The notes under the pieces were generated by a model that searched no databases, was not told the origin of the DNA, and was given only the letters and a program-made list of their open reading frames with translations. DNA of 5,356 nt from a virus (lineage: Duplodnaviria; Heunggongvirae; Uroviricota; Caudoviricetes): the IMG/VR virus record IMGVR_UViG_2537562231_000017. The stretch is one strand, 5' to 3'. Numbering within the stretch: the stretch's first letter is position 1; every line of letters begins with the position of its first letter. This document shows, in pieces, positions 4,919 through 5,356 of the stretch. The position numbers and the translations under genes are program-made.

Positions 4919-5035
4919 ATGGAAACGTTATTACCAAACGTTAATACGTCTGAAGGTTGTTTTGAAATTGGTGTCACTATCAGTAACCCTGTATTTACTG
5001 AAGATGCCATTAACAAGAGAGTAAGCGTAAACTGA
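4919..5035 (+). pseudogene. dicB: dicB (cell-division inhibitor) truncated after codon 34 by a mobile-element insertion
   Basis: ATG at 4919 (GAGGA ~8 nt upstream) encodes METLLPNVNTSEGCFEIGVTISNPVFTEDAINKR, matching DicB residues 1-34 (62 aa in K-12, as recalled). The frame then reads VSVN-stop across new sequence starting GTAAGCG at 5021. Confidence 0.8.
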
Positions 5036-5356
5036 CCGCCGTATGTAGCCATCAGACGAGAATTGGTAACTTAGACGCCCATCTGATATAGACGGACATC
5101 TAAGTATGGAATTACAGGACTGGCGAAAAGAACCTCGTAAAAACTATTCGAATGAATTCAAACTTCGTATGGTGGAACTGGCATCACAACCTGGAGCTTG
5201 TGTTGCACAGATTGCACGTGAAAATGGCGTCAATGATAATGTTATTTTCAAATGGCTCAGGCTCTGGCAGAACGAAGGGCGTGTTTCGCGGCGTCTTCCG
5301 GTAACGACCTCTTCTGACACTGGCGTTGAATTATTACCTGTAGAAATAACGCCGGA
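5021..5356 (+). mobile_element. Left end of an insertion sequence (IS66-family-like), partial; continues beyond window
   Basis: DicB homology ends abruptly at 5020/5021. The new sequence starts 5'-GTAAGCG, typical of IS66-family terminal inverted repeats (established knowledge), and an HTH-type transposase accessory ORF begins 85 bp inside. Family assignment is tentative. Confidence 0.5.
5106..5356 (+). CDS. IS transposase accessory protein (TnpA/OrfA-type HTH), partial, 3' end outside window
   Basis: Hand translation from ATG 5106: MELQDWRKEPRKNYSNEFKLRMVELASQPGACVAQIARENGVNDNVIFKWLRLWQNEGRVSRRLPVTTSSDTGVELLPVEITP.... The motif (EFK...V.L....G..V..IARE.GVN.N..FKW) is characteristic of the small HTH first ORF of IS66/IS3-type elements. 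Confidence 0.6.
   Translation, partial: MELQDWRKEPRKNYSNEFKLRMVELASQPGACVAQIARENGVNDNVIFKWLRLWQNEGRVSRRLPVTTSSDTGVELLPVEITP

Noticed and set aside
4720-5052. 110-aa minus-strand ORF
   Set aside because: Antisense to both the DicF sRNA and the dicB coding sequence, and crosses the IS junction. Almost certainly a shadow ORF.

Overview
This window reads as the immunity/early-control region of a mosaic lambdoid (Rac/Qin-type) prophage from an E. coli-like enterobacterial genome. All identifications rest on reading the six-frame translations and the DNA by eye and on recalled family knowledge; no database search was run. Leftward (minus strand) operon: Cro/YdaS-like HTH protein, YdaT-family protein, an O-like replication initiator with iteron repeats inside its own coding sequence, and the start of a DnaC-like helicase loader running off the window. 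Rightward (plus strand) operon: a three-gene PaaR-PaaA-ParE toxin-antitoxin module sitting where the CI/DicA-type repressor would be, an intrinsic terminator, ydfA-ydfB-ydfC homologues, the DicF sRNA, and a dicB gene cut off after codon 34 by a mobile element whose end begins GTAAGCG (IS66-family-like) and whose first ORF runs off the window. The least explained part is a low-GC pair of convergent, 3'-overlapping genes of unknown function (3720-4121 plus, 4081-4359 minus) lying between ydfC and DicF; this is my best candidate for an undescribed accessory module.
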